A stretch of 24,152 nucleotides of DNA from an uncultured bacterium (GCA_937139435.1 CAKZPX010000194.1:1-24152); one strand, 5' to 3'. Shown: positions 1 to 9,396, counted from the stretch's first letter. The notes: generated by a model from the letters alone, not told the origin. A program made the numbers and translations.

Positions 1-859
1 CGGGCTCTACCTTTTTTAAATAGGTGACGGCGGCAAGACGGGCAAGCCTTCGCACCCGGGCAATGTAATTCTGTCGTTCCGAGACGCTGATCGCTCCCCG
101 CGCCTCCAGCACATTAAAAAAATGGGAACATTTAATTACACAGTCATACCCTGGATAAACCAGCCCGAGTTTTAACAAACGCTGCGCCTCAGATTCAAAT
201 CGGTCAAAGAGCAACCGGTGCAGTTCCACATCCGCCTCTTCAAAGTTAAACCGGGAGAACTCCTCCTCATTCTGTCGGTACACATCACCCCAGGTAAGAT
301 GCTCATTCCAGTGCACCGCAAATATGGAATCAACATTCTGAATAAACATCGCAATTCGCTCCAGCCCGTAGGTCAACTCCACCGGAATTACCTTTAAGTC
401 CACCGAACCACACTGCTGGAAATAGGTAAACTGGGTAATCTCAATTCCGTTCAACTCCACCTGCCAGCCCAGACCCCAGGCGCCCAGTGTCGGCGACTCC
501 CAGTCATCCTCGGTAAACCGGATGTCATTCTTCTTCAAATCAATCCCGAGCGCCTCCAGACTTCTTAAATACCGGTCCTGGACATCTGCGGGCGCCGGTT
601 TCAGAATCACCTGCAGTTGCCAGAACTGCTGCACCCGTAAAGGATTCTGGGCATATCTACCATCCCGCGGTCTCTTTGACGGTTCACAGTACACCACACT
701 CCAGGGCTTTCGGTCCAGAACCCGCAGAAAGGTTGCCGGGTTGAAGGTGCCGGCACCAACTTCAGAGTTGTAAGGCGATAGTATCGCACACCCCTGTTGT
801 GCCCAGTATTCCTGCAACCGCAGAATTATCTCCTGAAAGGTGAGTGCTTGACCGGACAT
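1..859 (-). CDS. glyQ: Glycine--tRNA ligase alpha subunit (3' end runs off the window)
   Basis: Not in the ORF track because the stop lies outside the window. Manual translation from ATG 859: [24 protein letters not shown]...[14 protein letters not shown]...RPRDGRY...[15 protein letters not shown]...[10 protein letters not shown]...[11 protein letters not shown], open to position 2 (about 286 codons). Confidence 0.97.
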   Translation of the reverse strand, partial: MSGQALTFQEIILRLQEYWAQQGCAILSPYNSEVGAGTFNPATFLRVLDRKPWSVVYCEPSKRPRDGRYAQNPLRVQQFWQLQVILKPAPADVQDRYLRSLEALGIDLKKNDIRFTEDDWESPTLGAWGLGWQVELNGIEITQFTYFQQCGSVDLKVIPVELTYGLERIAMFIQNVDSIFAVHWNEHLTWGDVYRQNEEEFSRFNFEEADVELHRLLFDRFESEAQRLLKLGLVYPGYDCVIKCSHFFNVLEARGAISVSERQNYIARVRRLARLAAVTYLKKVEP

Positions 860-863
860 ATTA

Positions 864-1409
864 TTAAAGCCCTAACTGCCCGGCGATACACTGCATCGCC
901 TTAAGACAAATAGCCAAGAACTCCTCCAGCGAGAGCCCTAGTTCCGAACAGCGCTGAATCTGTTCTCGATTGGCACCGGCGGCAAAGCGCCGATCTTTGA
1001 ACCGGCGGAGAATAAAATCGGTATCAACATTGACAAGTTTCTTTGTCGGATGCATCAGTGCTGCCGCCACAATCAAACCGGTTACCGGGTCGGTAGCGAC
1101 AATCGCCTTATCCAGGAGCGACTCTGCCGGCACATTACCGCTATGCGCCTTAACCGCCTGAATTACCTCTGGATCAACATTATGGTTGCTCAACGTCTGG
1201 GCAGCAATCAGCGCATGGCTTGTCGGGTCATCCTTGGTAAACTCGTAATCAAGGTCATGAACCAGACCGGCCAGCCCCCACTTCTCTTCATCCTGATTTA
1301 ATCGCCGGGCCAGGGCGCGCAGACACGCCTCGGTCGCCAGCATATGCTTGAGCAGATTCTGATTTTTCACCGAACTGTTTACCAGTTGCCATGCGCTCTC
1401 GCGATCCAA
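864..1409 (-). CDS. HDIG/HD-domain metal-dependent phosphohydrolase, substrate unknown
   Basis: KHM...LVHDLDY...AH...TD metal-ligand pattern; TTG start with AGGAGG at 1415-1420. Confidence 0.85.
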   Translation of the reverse strand: MDRESAWQLVNSSVKNQNLLKHMLATEACLRALARRLNQDEEKWGLAGLVHDLDYEFTKDDPTSHALIAAQTLSNHNVDPEVIQAVKAHSGNVPAESLLDKAIVATDPVTGLIVAAALMHPTKKLVNVDTDFILRRFKDRRFAAGANREQIQRCSELGLSLEEFLAICLKAMQCIAGQLGL

Positions 1410-1429
1410 ACGATCCTCCTTTTTTGTTT

Positions 1430-1457
1430 ATTATATTTTCTACCTGTTAGCTGTCAA
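1430..1457 (-). promoter_or_regulatory. Sigma70 promoter for HD-glyQ
   Basis: TTGACA-N16-TATAAT on the minus strand, just upstream of the SD and TTG start. Confidence 0.85.
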
Positions 1458-1600
1458 TGACACCTTCTTATTATAACGGGATATTATTAAAGACTTGCGA
1501 CTTTTTCGCCAGCGGAGCAGATATGCTAACTTTCAGCAAGGGCGCAATGAACGACCTGATAGCGACCTCCCGACCGCCTGCGCCCCGGCTGCGATTCTCC

Positions 1601-1628
1601 TTGACTACCAGCCCCGGAGGGCTATAAT
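1601..1628 (+). promoter_or_regulatory. Sigma70 promoter for dtxR-feoA-feoB-M23
   Basis: TTGACT (1601-1606)-N16-TATAAT (1623-1628). Confidence 0.8.
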
Positions 1629-1661
1629 TAGTCGGACTTAACAATGTTAGCCATACTTAAC
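1627..1661. promoter_or_regulatory. Two tandem DtxR/MntR-type operator boxes
   Basis: ATTAGTCGGACTTAAC (1627-1642) and GTTAGCCATACTTAAC (1646-1661): TTAG-N6-TTAA near-palindromes at 19-bp period, resembling the TTAG-N6-CTAA core of MntR/DtxR boxes, overlapping the -10 and start site. Confidence 0.65.
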
Positions 1662-2057
1662 TCTAATCGTCGTATCCGCAACGATCTCGGCGAGAGCGGT
1701 GAAGACTATCTGGAGGCGATTCTCGTCCTTACCAACCGTGGTCGTCCGGTGCGGGTAAAGGACATCGCCCATCTCCTGAATGTCAGCCGCCCCTCGGTGG
1801 TCAGCGCCCTGGGTCTTCTTCAGAGTAAGGGGTTTATCCACCACGAGCATTATGGAGATGTTCAACTCACTGCCCCGGGACGGGCTTATGCCCAGATGAT
1901 TTATCAGCGTCATCTCCTCCTCAAACACTTCCTGCAGCAAATACTTGGGGTCAACGAAAGGGTGGCGGCAAGAGATGCCTGCCGGCTGGAGCACGCCCTT
2001 TCTCCAGAAACCGCCCGGCGTTTAACCGGCTTTATCCGTCGATTAGGGGTAAAATGA
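1644..2057 (+). CDS. DtxR/MntR-family metal-dependent repressor (two-domain, no C-terminal SH3-like domain)
   Basis: EDYLEAI, wHTH VKDIAHLLNVSRPSV, RH, DACRLEH metal-site motifs; 1644 is the only in-frame start before EDYL. Confidence 0.93.
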   Translation: MLAILNSNRRIRNDLGESGEDYLEAILVLTNRGRPVRVKDIAHLLNVSRPSVVSALGLLQSKGFIHHEHYGDVQLTAPGRAYAQMIYQRHLLLKHFLQQILGVNERVAARDACRLEHALSPETARRLTGFIRRLGVK

Positions 2058-2527
2058 AGCGACTCAGTGAACTGGATATCGGTGAATGGGGTATCGTCCG
2101 CTCTGTAACCGGAAAAGCGACGCTCCGCCGGCGCCTGGCCACAATGGGTTTTATTCCGGGGGTTGCGGTTGCGGTAAAACATTGCGCCCCGATGGGCGAC
2201 CCCCGTGCCTATGAACTGCTGGGCTATTGCCTTTCCCTGCGTCAGGAAGAGGCAGACCTGATTGAAGTAGAACCATTGCCGGTTTACCCCTTAAGCACGG
2301 CGCCACCCGGAAAGGTTAAAGTTGTAGGGATTGAAGGTGCTCGGGGTGTCAGAGCCAAACTTGCCCAGTTGGGTATCACCGAAAACACCTCCCTGGTGAA
2401 TCGCGCCACCCCGGCTGGACCGGTCATAATTGAACTGTCCGGCAAAGAACTCCAGCTGGGACGGGGTGTAGCAAAAAAGGTAAAGGTGACGGTAATTCCA
2501 GAAGAAAATGGAAAAGCGACCGATTAA
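2054..2527 (+). CDS. feoA: Ferrous iron transport protein A, two FeoA domains in tandem
   Basis: LSEL..GE..V...[12 protein letters not shown]...APMGDP, then PLS..PPG...RAKLAQLGI...GPVII...LGRGVAKKV; ATGA overlap with the repressor gene. Confidence 0.9.
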   Translation: MKRLSELDIGEWGIVRSVTGKATLRRRLATMGFIPGVAVAVKHCAPMGDPRAYELLGYCLSLRQEEADLIEVEPLPVYPLSTAPPGKVKVVGIEGARGVRAKLAQLGITENTSLVNRATPAGPVIIELSGKELQLGRGVAKKVKVTVIPEENGKATD

Positions 2528-4505
2528 AATCGCCATCGCCGGCAATCCCAATTCCGGCAAAAGCACCATCTTCAACGCCCTCACCGGTGGCAATGTCAGC
2601 GTCGGTAACTGGCCTGGTGTTACGGTGGAAAAATGCGAAGGGTGTTCAGTATACCAGGGACATAGAGTCACCGTTGTTGATCTGCCCGGAACCTATACCC
2701 TTGATGCCTGGACACTGGATGAGCGCATCGCCCGTAATTTCATCGTGGAGGAAAAACCTGATGCGGTAGTTGCGGTTGTTGATGCCGCCAATCTGGAACG
2801 GAATCTGTATCTGGTCATTCAGCTTCTGGAAATGGGCGCAAAGGTAATCATCGCATTGAACATGATTGACATCGCCCGTTCCCGGGGCATTGAAATTGAT
2901 ACCGACCGTCTGGCTAATGCTCTCGGAGTAAAAGTTGTGCCAACCGTTGCTGCCCGGGGCGAAGGGATTGATGAACTGCGCCAAGTAATTCACGACATCG
3001 GTCGCACACCAATTACCCCGCGCCCGCTCCAGATCGCCTACGGTGAGGAGATTGAACAGGCAATAACCCGCATCAGCACTCTCCTTACTGCTAAGGTCGC
3101 GGAGACGGAAAAGCGGTGGTGGGCATTGAAACTACTGGAAGGTGATACCGGCGGAGATAACTTTACCGAAGCAGAGGCGCTTGCCCGAACCATTCGTGCC
3201 GAACTGGAACAACGGCACAAACATGACGCCCAGAGTGCAATAGTAGAACGGCGCTACGGATTCATCCGGGGTGTCATCCGGGAATGCGTCCGCACCCGTC
3301 CGGGCATCAGCCGTGCCCTGCTTATTTCCGAAGCCATTGATGGCGTGGTTCTCAACCGCTGGCTCGGCATCCCGATATTTTTCGGACTGATAGCATTGAC
3401 TTTTTACCTCGTCTTTGTTCTGGGAACACCGCTTTCAGAACTTATTGGCAAACTGTTTGCCCTGATCGGACAGTTAGTTTCCCTAACACTGTCAGCGGTT
3501 GCAGCCCCGGAATGGATAACATCACTTATCACCGACGGATTAATTGAAGGCATTGGAACGGTGCTAAAGTTCCTCCCCAATATAACCATCCTTTATCTGG
3601 TGATCAGTCTGATGGAAGACTCTGGCTATATGGCGCGGGCAGCATTTGTTATGGACCGGTTTATGCATCTCCTTGGTTTACACGGCAAGTCTTTCATACC
3701 GATGATAATGGGGTTGGGCTGCAATGTCCCGGCAATCCTTGCCACCCGGACGCTTGAGACCCGCAAGGACCGGATTCTAACCATCCTTGTTAACCCATTT
3801 ATGTCCTGTTCCGCACGCCTGCCCATTTACATCCTTTTCACCAGCGCATTCTTTACCCGAGGTAGATTTGTCGTCCTGCTCTCTCTTTACCTGCTCGGCA
3901 TCATCCTTGCGGTAATAAGCGCCCGCATCTTGCGCTGGGTCTTTTTCCGGAGTGAAGAAGCACCGCTAATTATGGAACTACCACCCTATCACGCACCAGC
4001 CCTCCGTACCGTCCTTCGCCCCACCTGGTTCCGCACCTGGCTATTCATCCGGCGTGCCGGCACAGTTATCGCTCCGGCGGTGGTAATAATCTGGATACTG
4101 GCGCGCCTGCCCTGGGGTGTCGCCTACGCCTCGGCGGAAAGCCTCCTGGGTAAAATTGGTGGTCTTTTTGCCCCGTTACTGAAACCAGCCGGATTTGGTT
4201 ACTGGTGGGCAGCGGTAGCGCTTATTGCCGGAGTGGTTGCCAAAGAGGTTGTGGTCGGAACGATAGCAACAGTCCACAGCACAGAATCGGGCAGGCTCAC
4301 CGAGATTATCCAGTCCTATTTTACACCTCTCTCCGCCTACGCCTTCCTGGTAATGTCTTCCCTGTATTTGCCCTGCGTTGCCACCTTTGCCGCTATCCGC
4401 CGCGAACTGGGCTGGCGCTGGGCGTTTTTTACCGCCGGCTGGACATTACTCCTGGGCTGGCTTATCGCCACTGGAATATATCAGATTGGGAGGTTAATAC
4501 TATGA
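2508..4505 (+). CDS. feoB: Ferrous iron transport protein B
   Basis: G1 GNPNSGKS, G2 [11 protein letters not shown]3 DLPG, G4 NMID; membrane part with [39 protein letters not shown]. Confidence 0.97.
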   Translation: MEKRPIKIAIAGNPNSGKSTIFNALTGGNVSVGNWPGVTVEKCEGCSVYQGHRVTVVDLPGTYTLDAWTLDERIARNFIVEEKPDAVVAVVDAANLERNLYLVIQLLEMGAKVIIALNMIDIARSRGIEIDTDRLANALGVKVVPTVAARGEGIDELRQVIHDIGRTPITPRPLQIAYGEEIEQAITRISTLLTAKVAETEKRWWALKLLEGDTGGDNFTEAEALARTIRAELEQRHKHDAQSAIVERRYGFIRGVIRECVRTRPGISRALLISEAIDGVVLNRWLGIPIFFGLIALTFYLVFVLGTPLSELIGKLFALIGQLVSLTLSAVAAPEWITSLITDGLIEGIGTVLKFLPNITILYLVISLMEDSGYMARAAFVMDRFMHLLGLHGKSFIPMIMGLGCNVPAILATRTLETRKDRILTILVNPFMSCSARLPIYILFTSAFFTRGRFVVLLSLYLLGIILAVISARILRWVFFRSEEAPLIMELPPYHAPALRTVLRPTWFRTWLFIRRAGTVIAPAVVIIWILARLPWGVAYASAESLLGKIGGLFAPLLKPAGFGYWWAAVALIAGVVAKEVVVGTIATVHSTESGRLTEIIQSYFTPLSAYAFLVMSSLYLPCVATFAAIRRELGWRWAFFTAGWTLLLGWLIATGIYQIGRLIL

Positions 4506-5821
4506 ATCAACCATCCGATTTCCCGCCACCGACAGAGACACCAGAAAAAGAGAAGGGGAAAAAATATCTACTGTTCGCTCCGCTCATCGTTCTCACAATC
4601 ATTCTCCTGCTTCTCCCGTTGTTTTTAATTATCAGCCGACGCAAAGAGCCGGTCTATCGCTGTGGTCCACAACTTCCGTGCGCCGACTCAATCTACGCCA
4701 CCGGTGATCTCCTCAACAAAGGCGAGGTCCTCGCCAGACTCCTGTCCCGCTACTGCATTCCCCAGGAAAAGATTAATACCATCTACAGCGCCCTGGCTGC
4801 GATAAAATTCCCGTTCAATCGGATGGCGCCCGGTGATTCGGTTTCACTTTATTATCAGGGGTTGAACCTGCATGGTATTGACTATCACTCAAACCTCATC
4901 ACCACCTATGAGGTCCGGTTTGACTCTCTGGGTGCCGCGCTCGCCCGCAAGATAGACAAACCAGTAGACACCGTGTCCTGCGCCATTGTGGGGACAATTG
5001 AAAACTCGCTCTGGCACTCACTGCTCAAAATGGGTGGCACTCCGGGGCTGGTGGTAGAATTTGCTGAGATCCTTCGTTACGATATCGACTTCTTTACCGA
5101 GTGCCACAATGGCGATACATTTGAAATCCTAGTTGATAAACTTCTCGTAGACGGCAAAACCTATGGCTATGGGAGAGTGTATGCGGTTCATTACCGGAGC
5201 AAAACCGAGAATGTCTATGGCTTCTATTTCAAAGACCCTACCGGTAAATGGGATTACTATAATGAGAAGGGACAGTCGTTAAGAAAGTCCATCCTCCGTT
5301 CGCCACTGTCTTATGCCAAAATATCATCACGGTTCGGGATGCGCCGCCACCCCATCTTCCGCATTGTCCGACCTCATCATGGTGTTGACTATGTCGCACC
5401 CCGGGGCACACCGGTAAGCGCCATCGCTGATGGCGTGGTCACTATGGCGCGCTGGCATGGCGGCTACGGCAAGATGGTGGAGATAAAACATGCTGGCGGA
5501 ATGACCTCACGCTACGGACATCTCTCAGGATACGGACCCGGAATAAAGGTGGGCAGACTCGTCCGGCAGGGTGCCACGGTTGGCTATGTCGGTGCCACCG
5601 GTCTGGCTACCGGTCCCCATCTCCATTTTGAAATCCGCCAGCAGGGTAAACCGGTAGATCCATTAAAGATTATACCGCCCCGCGCCGAACCGGTTGCCCA
5701 GAAATATATGCCGCTATTTCAGGAGACGAAAAACTCCTATCTCGCTCTCATCAAGTCTTTAACAGCACCGCCGAAAACAGACACAATCGCCTCTCACCAG
5801 CCCGCACCTACCTCAAAATAA
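4502..5821 (+). CDS. M23-family Zn peptidoglycan endopeptidase (MepM/Csd3-like) with N-terminal membrane anchor
   Basis: Start moved to ATG 4502 (ATGA overlap with feoB stop); hydrophobic anchor [16 protein letters not shown]; HHGVDY and TGPHLHFE motifs. Confidence 0.92.
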   Translation: MNQPSDFPPPTETPEKEKGKKYLLFAPLIVLTIILLLLPLFLIISRRKEPVYRCGPQLPCADSIYATGDLLNKGEVLARLLSRYCIPQEKINTIYSALAAIKFPFNRMAPGDSVSLYYQGLNLHGIDYHSNLITTYEVRFDSLGAALARKIDKPVDTVSCAIVGTIENSLWHSLLKMGGTPGLVVEFAEILRYDIDFFTECHNGDTFEILVDKLLVDGKTYGYGRVYAVHYRSKTENVYGFYFKDPTGKWDYYNEKGQSLRKSILRSPLSYAKISSRFGMRRHPIFRIVRPHHGVDYVAPRGTPVSAIADGVVTMARWHGGYGKMVEIKHAGGMTSRYGHLSGYGPGIKVGRLVRQGATVGYVGATGLATGPHLHFEIRQQGKPVDPLKIIPPRAEPVAQKYMPLFQETKNSYLALIKSLTAPPKTDTIASHQPAPTSK

Positions 5822-7938
5822 ATTTCCCTTCCTGGTAAAGGATAGTACTTAATCTCCTGGTATTGCCGGTCAAATAGATTCTTAATGCCCAATATTACTC
5901 TCGGCTGCCATCTCCTTATATTCCAGAAAAGGCGCAGTGGTGCGCAATCAACCTCTACATCCAGCAGCGCATAACCGGGCAGGGTGTCGGAGTTGTCACT
6001 ATTGGTAAACCGCGGTGATACCGCCCTTAACCCCAGTGTTAACCGGGCAATGTTTAAACCCCGGTGTTCAAAGTTTAAACCTGTGCCAATCCTGGTGGTC
6101 AATCTGGGACGATAGGGCAAATCCCGTTCCGAGGGACGGGCCGCACCGGTGTCATTACCGACCGACCGGCACACCTGATATGTGGCGCCGGCATTCAGGT
6201 CCAGAAACCGAAACCGTCCCCGTCCTTCCAGTTCCACACCGGTAATCGTTGCCCGGGCAACATTTACCGGCTGCCAGAAAAACTCTCTAACCTCCTGCCA
6301 TTGAATAAGATTACTCAGCTGGGAACGATACCCACCCAGGCGCACAAACATATCTTCGCCCATATTCAGGGCGACACCACCATCAAAACCGGTTGCCCAT
6401 TCTGGTTCCAGTCTCGGGTTCCCACCGCTCCACCCCGTCTGGGGCCACCACAGCTCATTAAATGTCGGTGCCCGAAAGGAACGGTTGGCACCAAGGTAAA
6501 AACTGATTAAGGAAACCGGGTTAAACACCAGGGTAAATTTGGGACTGAATGCGCCATAGGTGGATGTAATGTCAACCGAATCCGGACCCAAACCGGTATT
6601 GCGCAAAAGGTCATAGCGCAGACCGGCATTTACCGTCCAGCCCCGTCCCTTAAAACTGACCTCCAGAAAGGGGGCATTGCTCCAGCGTCCCGGACCGCCC
6701 ACAGAACTGCTTTTTGCCTCTTCCAGATACGACTCCAATCCGAGATTGGTGCTGAACCAGTCGGCTAACACCAGTAACTGGTTGGCGCTGAAACTGGTCT
6801 GATAAATCTGATGGGTATCATCTTCCGGAAAAAATTCATTCGGGTTGCGGTAGTTCTCCCAGTAGCGCTGATGCCCGAACCGGGCACTCAAATGGGCTTG
6901 GTCGCTCTCCTGCCAGTCGTAACCGATGATTGTTAAAAATCGTTCATCCTTTAAGCGGGCGCTATCACTCAGAAATGTAATCGGTCCTGGTGAACCCCGC
7001 TCCGCCACTGTGAAACCACCGGAAAAAGAGAGATAATGCCTACCCCCCGAACCCAGCCCGCTCCCTATCTTACCGAGGATGTTGCCCCTTTTGATATCCG
7101 CATTCACCCTGATGCGCAGTGAGTCCAGAGTGTCCTGATAGGTAAACCGGTTATCCGCACTCAGAATGCTGCCAGCAAAAAGAAAGTCCACCACACCACC
7201 GAACATCGCACCGGCATTAAGATAGCGCCGGGCACCAGAACCGACCCCGACCGCAACGTTGAAACTAGTGGACTCCGGTGTTGGGGTGATAATATTTATC
7301 ACACCACCAATCGGATTGGCACCATAGAGCGCCGACGCACCGCCGCGCAACACCTCGATCTGCCGGACAAACGCCGGGGTCAACAGGGTCATATCCGCCT
7401 GATTGTTCAGGCTGGAATTGAGCCGGATACCATCAAACAGCACCAGGGTCTGTTCAACCGTTGCCCCGCGCAGGGACACAGTAGTAAGGTTACCGTAATT
7501 GCGCAACTGCACACCGGGCAGGGTGGCGAGGAACCCGCCCGCATCAACATGCCCCCGGCTGCCAAAACCATCTTTTTCTATCAGACTAACCGGTTGTGCT
7601 GCCCCTGGTCGCCTTACCAGTCTGGTGGCGGTACTGGTGACACCGGCAACTGGAATCGCCCGGGGCATAATCAATAAAGTCAACCTTTCCCGCGTCGATA
7701 CATTCGTCCAGGTTCTTGTTTCATAACCGATCCGCCGTGTAACAATCGTCACCTCTTCGGGCAGGGATAGCGCCGCAATCTCCGGCACCTTACCGAGCGA
7801 ATCGGTAAACACCGTCATTCCGACCGGCAGGATTTCCACCTCTACCAAGGCAACCGGCTCGTGACTGATCGCATCTAATACTTTTACCTGAAACGCCCCG
7901 CTCAGGGGCAGGATTAGTATGAGTGAGAACAGGTTCAT
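5794..7938 (-). CDS. btuB: TonB-dependent receptor, probable cobalamin transporter (BtuB-like), with N-terminal carboxypeptidase-regulatory-like domain
   Basis: Signal peptide; plug motifs SLRG...TLVLFDG and IEVLRGGASALYGANPIGGVINIIT; LEPE, NLFD..Y, PGR barrel motifs; terminal Trp; cobalamin riboswitch directly upstream. Confidence 0.85.
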   Translation of the reverse strand: MNLFSLILILPLSGAFQVKVLDAISHEPVALVEVEILPVGMTVFTDSLGKVPEIAALSLPEEVTIVTRRIGYETRTWTNVSTRERLTLLIMPRAIPVAGVTSTATRLVRRPGAAQPVSLIEKDGFGSRGHVDAGGFLATLPGVQLRNYGNLTTVSLRGATVEQTLVLFDGIRLNSSLNNQADMTLLTPAFVRQIEVLRGGASALYGANPIGGVINIITPTPESTSFNVAVGVGSGARRYLNAGAMFGGVVDFLFAGSILSADNRFTYQDTLDSLRIRVNADIKRGNILGKIGSGLGSGGRHYLSFSGGFTVAERGSPGPITFLSDSARLKDERFLTIIGYDWQESDQAHLSARFGHQRYWENYRNPNEFFPEDDTHQIYQTSFSANQLLVLADWFSTNLGLESYLEEAKSSSVGGPGRWSNAPFLEVSFKGRGWTVNAGLRYDLLRNTGLGPDSVDITSTYGAFSPKFTLVFNPVSLISFYLGANRSFRAPTFNELWWPQTGWSGGNPRLEPEWATGFDGGVALNMGEDMFVRLGGYRSQLSNLIQWQEVREFFWQPVNVARATITGVELEGRGRFRFLDLNAGATYQVCRSVGNDTGAARPSERDLPYRPRLTTRIGTGLNFEHRGLNIARLTLGLRAVSPRFTNSDNSDTLPGYALLDVEVDCAPLRLFWNIRRWQPRVILGIKNLFDRQYQEIKYYPLPGREIYFEVGAGW

Positions 7939-7946
7939 TACGGCTC

Positions 7947-8185
7947 TCCTTTCTGCGCAAGGATTTTACCGACCCAGGACAGCGACCAGGTCTCCTGGCT
8001 TACGGCACCACCCATCGCCTTCCCGCCCTTTAATCGGGCAGTGGCACTGATGGGCACAAAAGCCGCTCACAGTGGGCGAGACCGCCGCCGATTCTCACGG
8101 CGTTCCCTGTGCCCGGTCTCCGGATAATTCTCAAATTACCCGGAACCGGACAACCGGCTTGCTTTCTACCGGTCTGCCGCTGTCC
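7947..8185 (-). promoter_or_regulatory. Cobalamin riboswitch (class with P8-P12 extension) with translational expression platform
   Basis: Minus strand: P1 GGACAGCGGC/GTCGCTGTCC; AGGGAA-CGCCG-TGAGAAT-CGGCG (P4); CGGT-CTCGCCC-ACTG (P5); GCCACTG...GGGAAGGC; B12 box AAGCCAGGAGACCTG; P13 TCCTT-GCGCAGA-AAGGA covering the SD. Confidence 0.95.
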
Positions 8186-8202
8186 ACTCCATATTTTTCT
8201 TT

Positions 8203-8231
8203 AAAATACTACGATTACACCAGAATGTCAA
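8203..8231 (-). promoter_or_regulatory. Sigma70 promoter for riboswitch-btuB
   Basis: TTGACA-N17-TATTTT, predicted start about 10 nt before P1. Confidence 0.6.
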
Positions 8232-8335
8232 GCAGAATCTTTTTTGCGCCCCAGAACAGCAAAACCGAAACACCCGTTCCATTAGCAGCAATACCAGTTG
8301 CCAGCAAGAGAATAAGCCTGACCCGCAGTAGGTGG

Positions 8336-8363
8336 TTGACTTGTTACGCCGTTCTTTTAATAT
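8336..8363 (+). promoter_or_regulatory. Sigma70 promoter for rimI
   Basis: TTGACT-N16-TAATAT; lies downstream of the ORF-track GTG at 8332, arguing for a later start. Confidence 0.6.
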
Positions 8364-8388
8364 CACATTAATCAAAAACGAAACAGAA

Positions 8389-8847
8389 ATGCGGGAACCG
8401 GCAAAGAGAAAAGGTGTCCTCATCCGGGCGATGACCGAAGCTGACCTTGACCGGGTGATGGCAATTGAAAACCGCACCTTTCCCAATCCCTGGCGGCGTT
8501 CCTTTTTCGCCTCTGATATCTACCGCCCGGACGCACTATGTATTGTTGCCGAAGACCAGACCGGCGTTATCGGCTATCTTGTCGCCTGGGGAAGAGAAGA
8601 GGTACACATTGCCAACATTGCGGTGGCACCGGAGGCCCGGCGCCAGGGTGTCGGCACAAAACTGATGGAGGCGGCAATAGAGTTTACCCGACACCAGCAG
8701 GCAGAAAACATCTACCTTGAGGTGCGGATAACCAATACCGGTGCCCAGAAGTTCTACCGGCGCTTTAACTTTGTTCCCACCTATATTCGCCGTGGCTACT
8801 ACGAAAACGGCGAGGACGCGTTAGTGATGGAGAGGGAACTGGACTGA
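8389..8847 (+). CDS. rimI: RimI-like GNAT N-acetyltransferase
   Basis: IENRTFPNPW, HIANIAVAPEARRQGVG, YLEVRITN..AQKFY, RRGYY.NGEDALVM; start uncertain (8389 or 8431). Confidence 0.88.
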   Translation: MREPAKRKGVLIRAMTEADLDRVMAIENRTFPNPWRRSFFASDIYRPDALCIVAEDQTGVIGYLVAWGREEVHIANIAVAPEARRQGVGTKLMEAAIEFTRHQQAENIYLEVRITNTGAQKFYRRFNFVPTYIRRGYYENGEDALVMERELD

Positions 8848-8857
8848 GAAGCCGCTC

Positions 8858-9376
8858 CTACTGATACCGGTCAAAACAAACAATCTCACTCAAGGACTTG
8901 CGCGGTCTGGGCGTGGTCTCCTGGGACGGATAACCAACCGGTGTCAGCGCCACCGGCTTCACCCCTTCGGGAATCCCCAGCACCCGGCGCACATCCTCCT
9001 CCTTAAACGCACCAATCCAGCAGGTGCCCAGCCCCTCGGCGGCTGCGGCCAGAATAATATGTTCCAGGGCAATGGTCACATCAACCTCAGCGGCTGACCA
9101 GTAACCACCCATCCCCTTCCATGCCTGGTCAAGCAGAGCACAGCCGCAGATAATCACCGGTGCCTGGGCAATGAACGCCTGGTTCCGGCACGCCGGCACC
9201 AGTTCCTCTTTGACCTTTTCGTCACGGATAACAATAAACTTCCAGGGCTGGTAATTCTTTGCCGATGGTGCCAGTCTGCCTGCCTCCAGAATCCGGTTCA
9301 GCACCTCTTCTGGAACCGGGTCCGGTCGGTATGCCCGGACACTTACCCGGCGTCGCACCGCTTCATAAAACTCCAT
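8858..9376 (-). CDS. Nitroreductase-family flavoprotein
   Basis: RRVSVRAY, APSAKNYQPW, LGTCWIG, VGYP motifs; AGGGGG SD. Confidence 0.92.
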   Translation of the reverse strand: MEFYEAVRRRVSVRAYRPDPVPEEVLNRILEAGRLAPSAKNYQPWKFIVIRDEKVKEELVPACRNQAFIAQAPVIICGCALLDQAWKGMGGYWSAAEVDVTIALEHIILAAAAEGLGTCWIGAFKEEDVRRVLGIPEGVKPVALTPVGYPSQETTPRPRKSLSEIVCFDRYQ

Positions 9377-9396
9377 AACACCCCCTGAGCTACAAA

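Noticed and set aside
4205-4501. ORF-track N-terminal extension of the M23 gene
   Set aside because: Out-of-frame read of the feoB 3' end; ATG 4502 overlaps the feoB stop and precedes the membrane anchor.
8858-9376. Nitroreductase as BluB because of the nearby B12 riboswitch
   Set aside because: Separate transcription unit, short generic nitroreductase sequence, and BluB needs oxygen.
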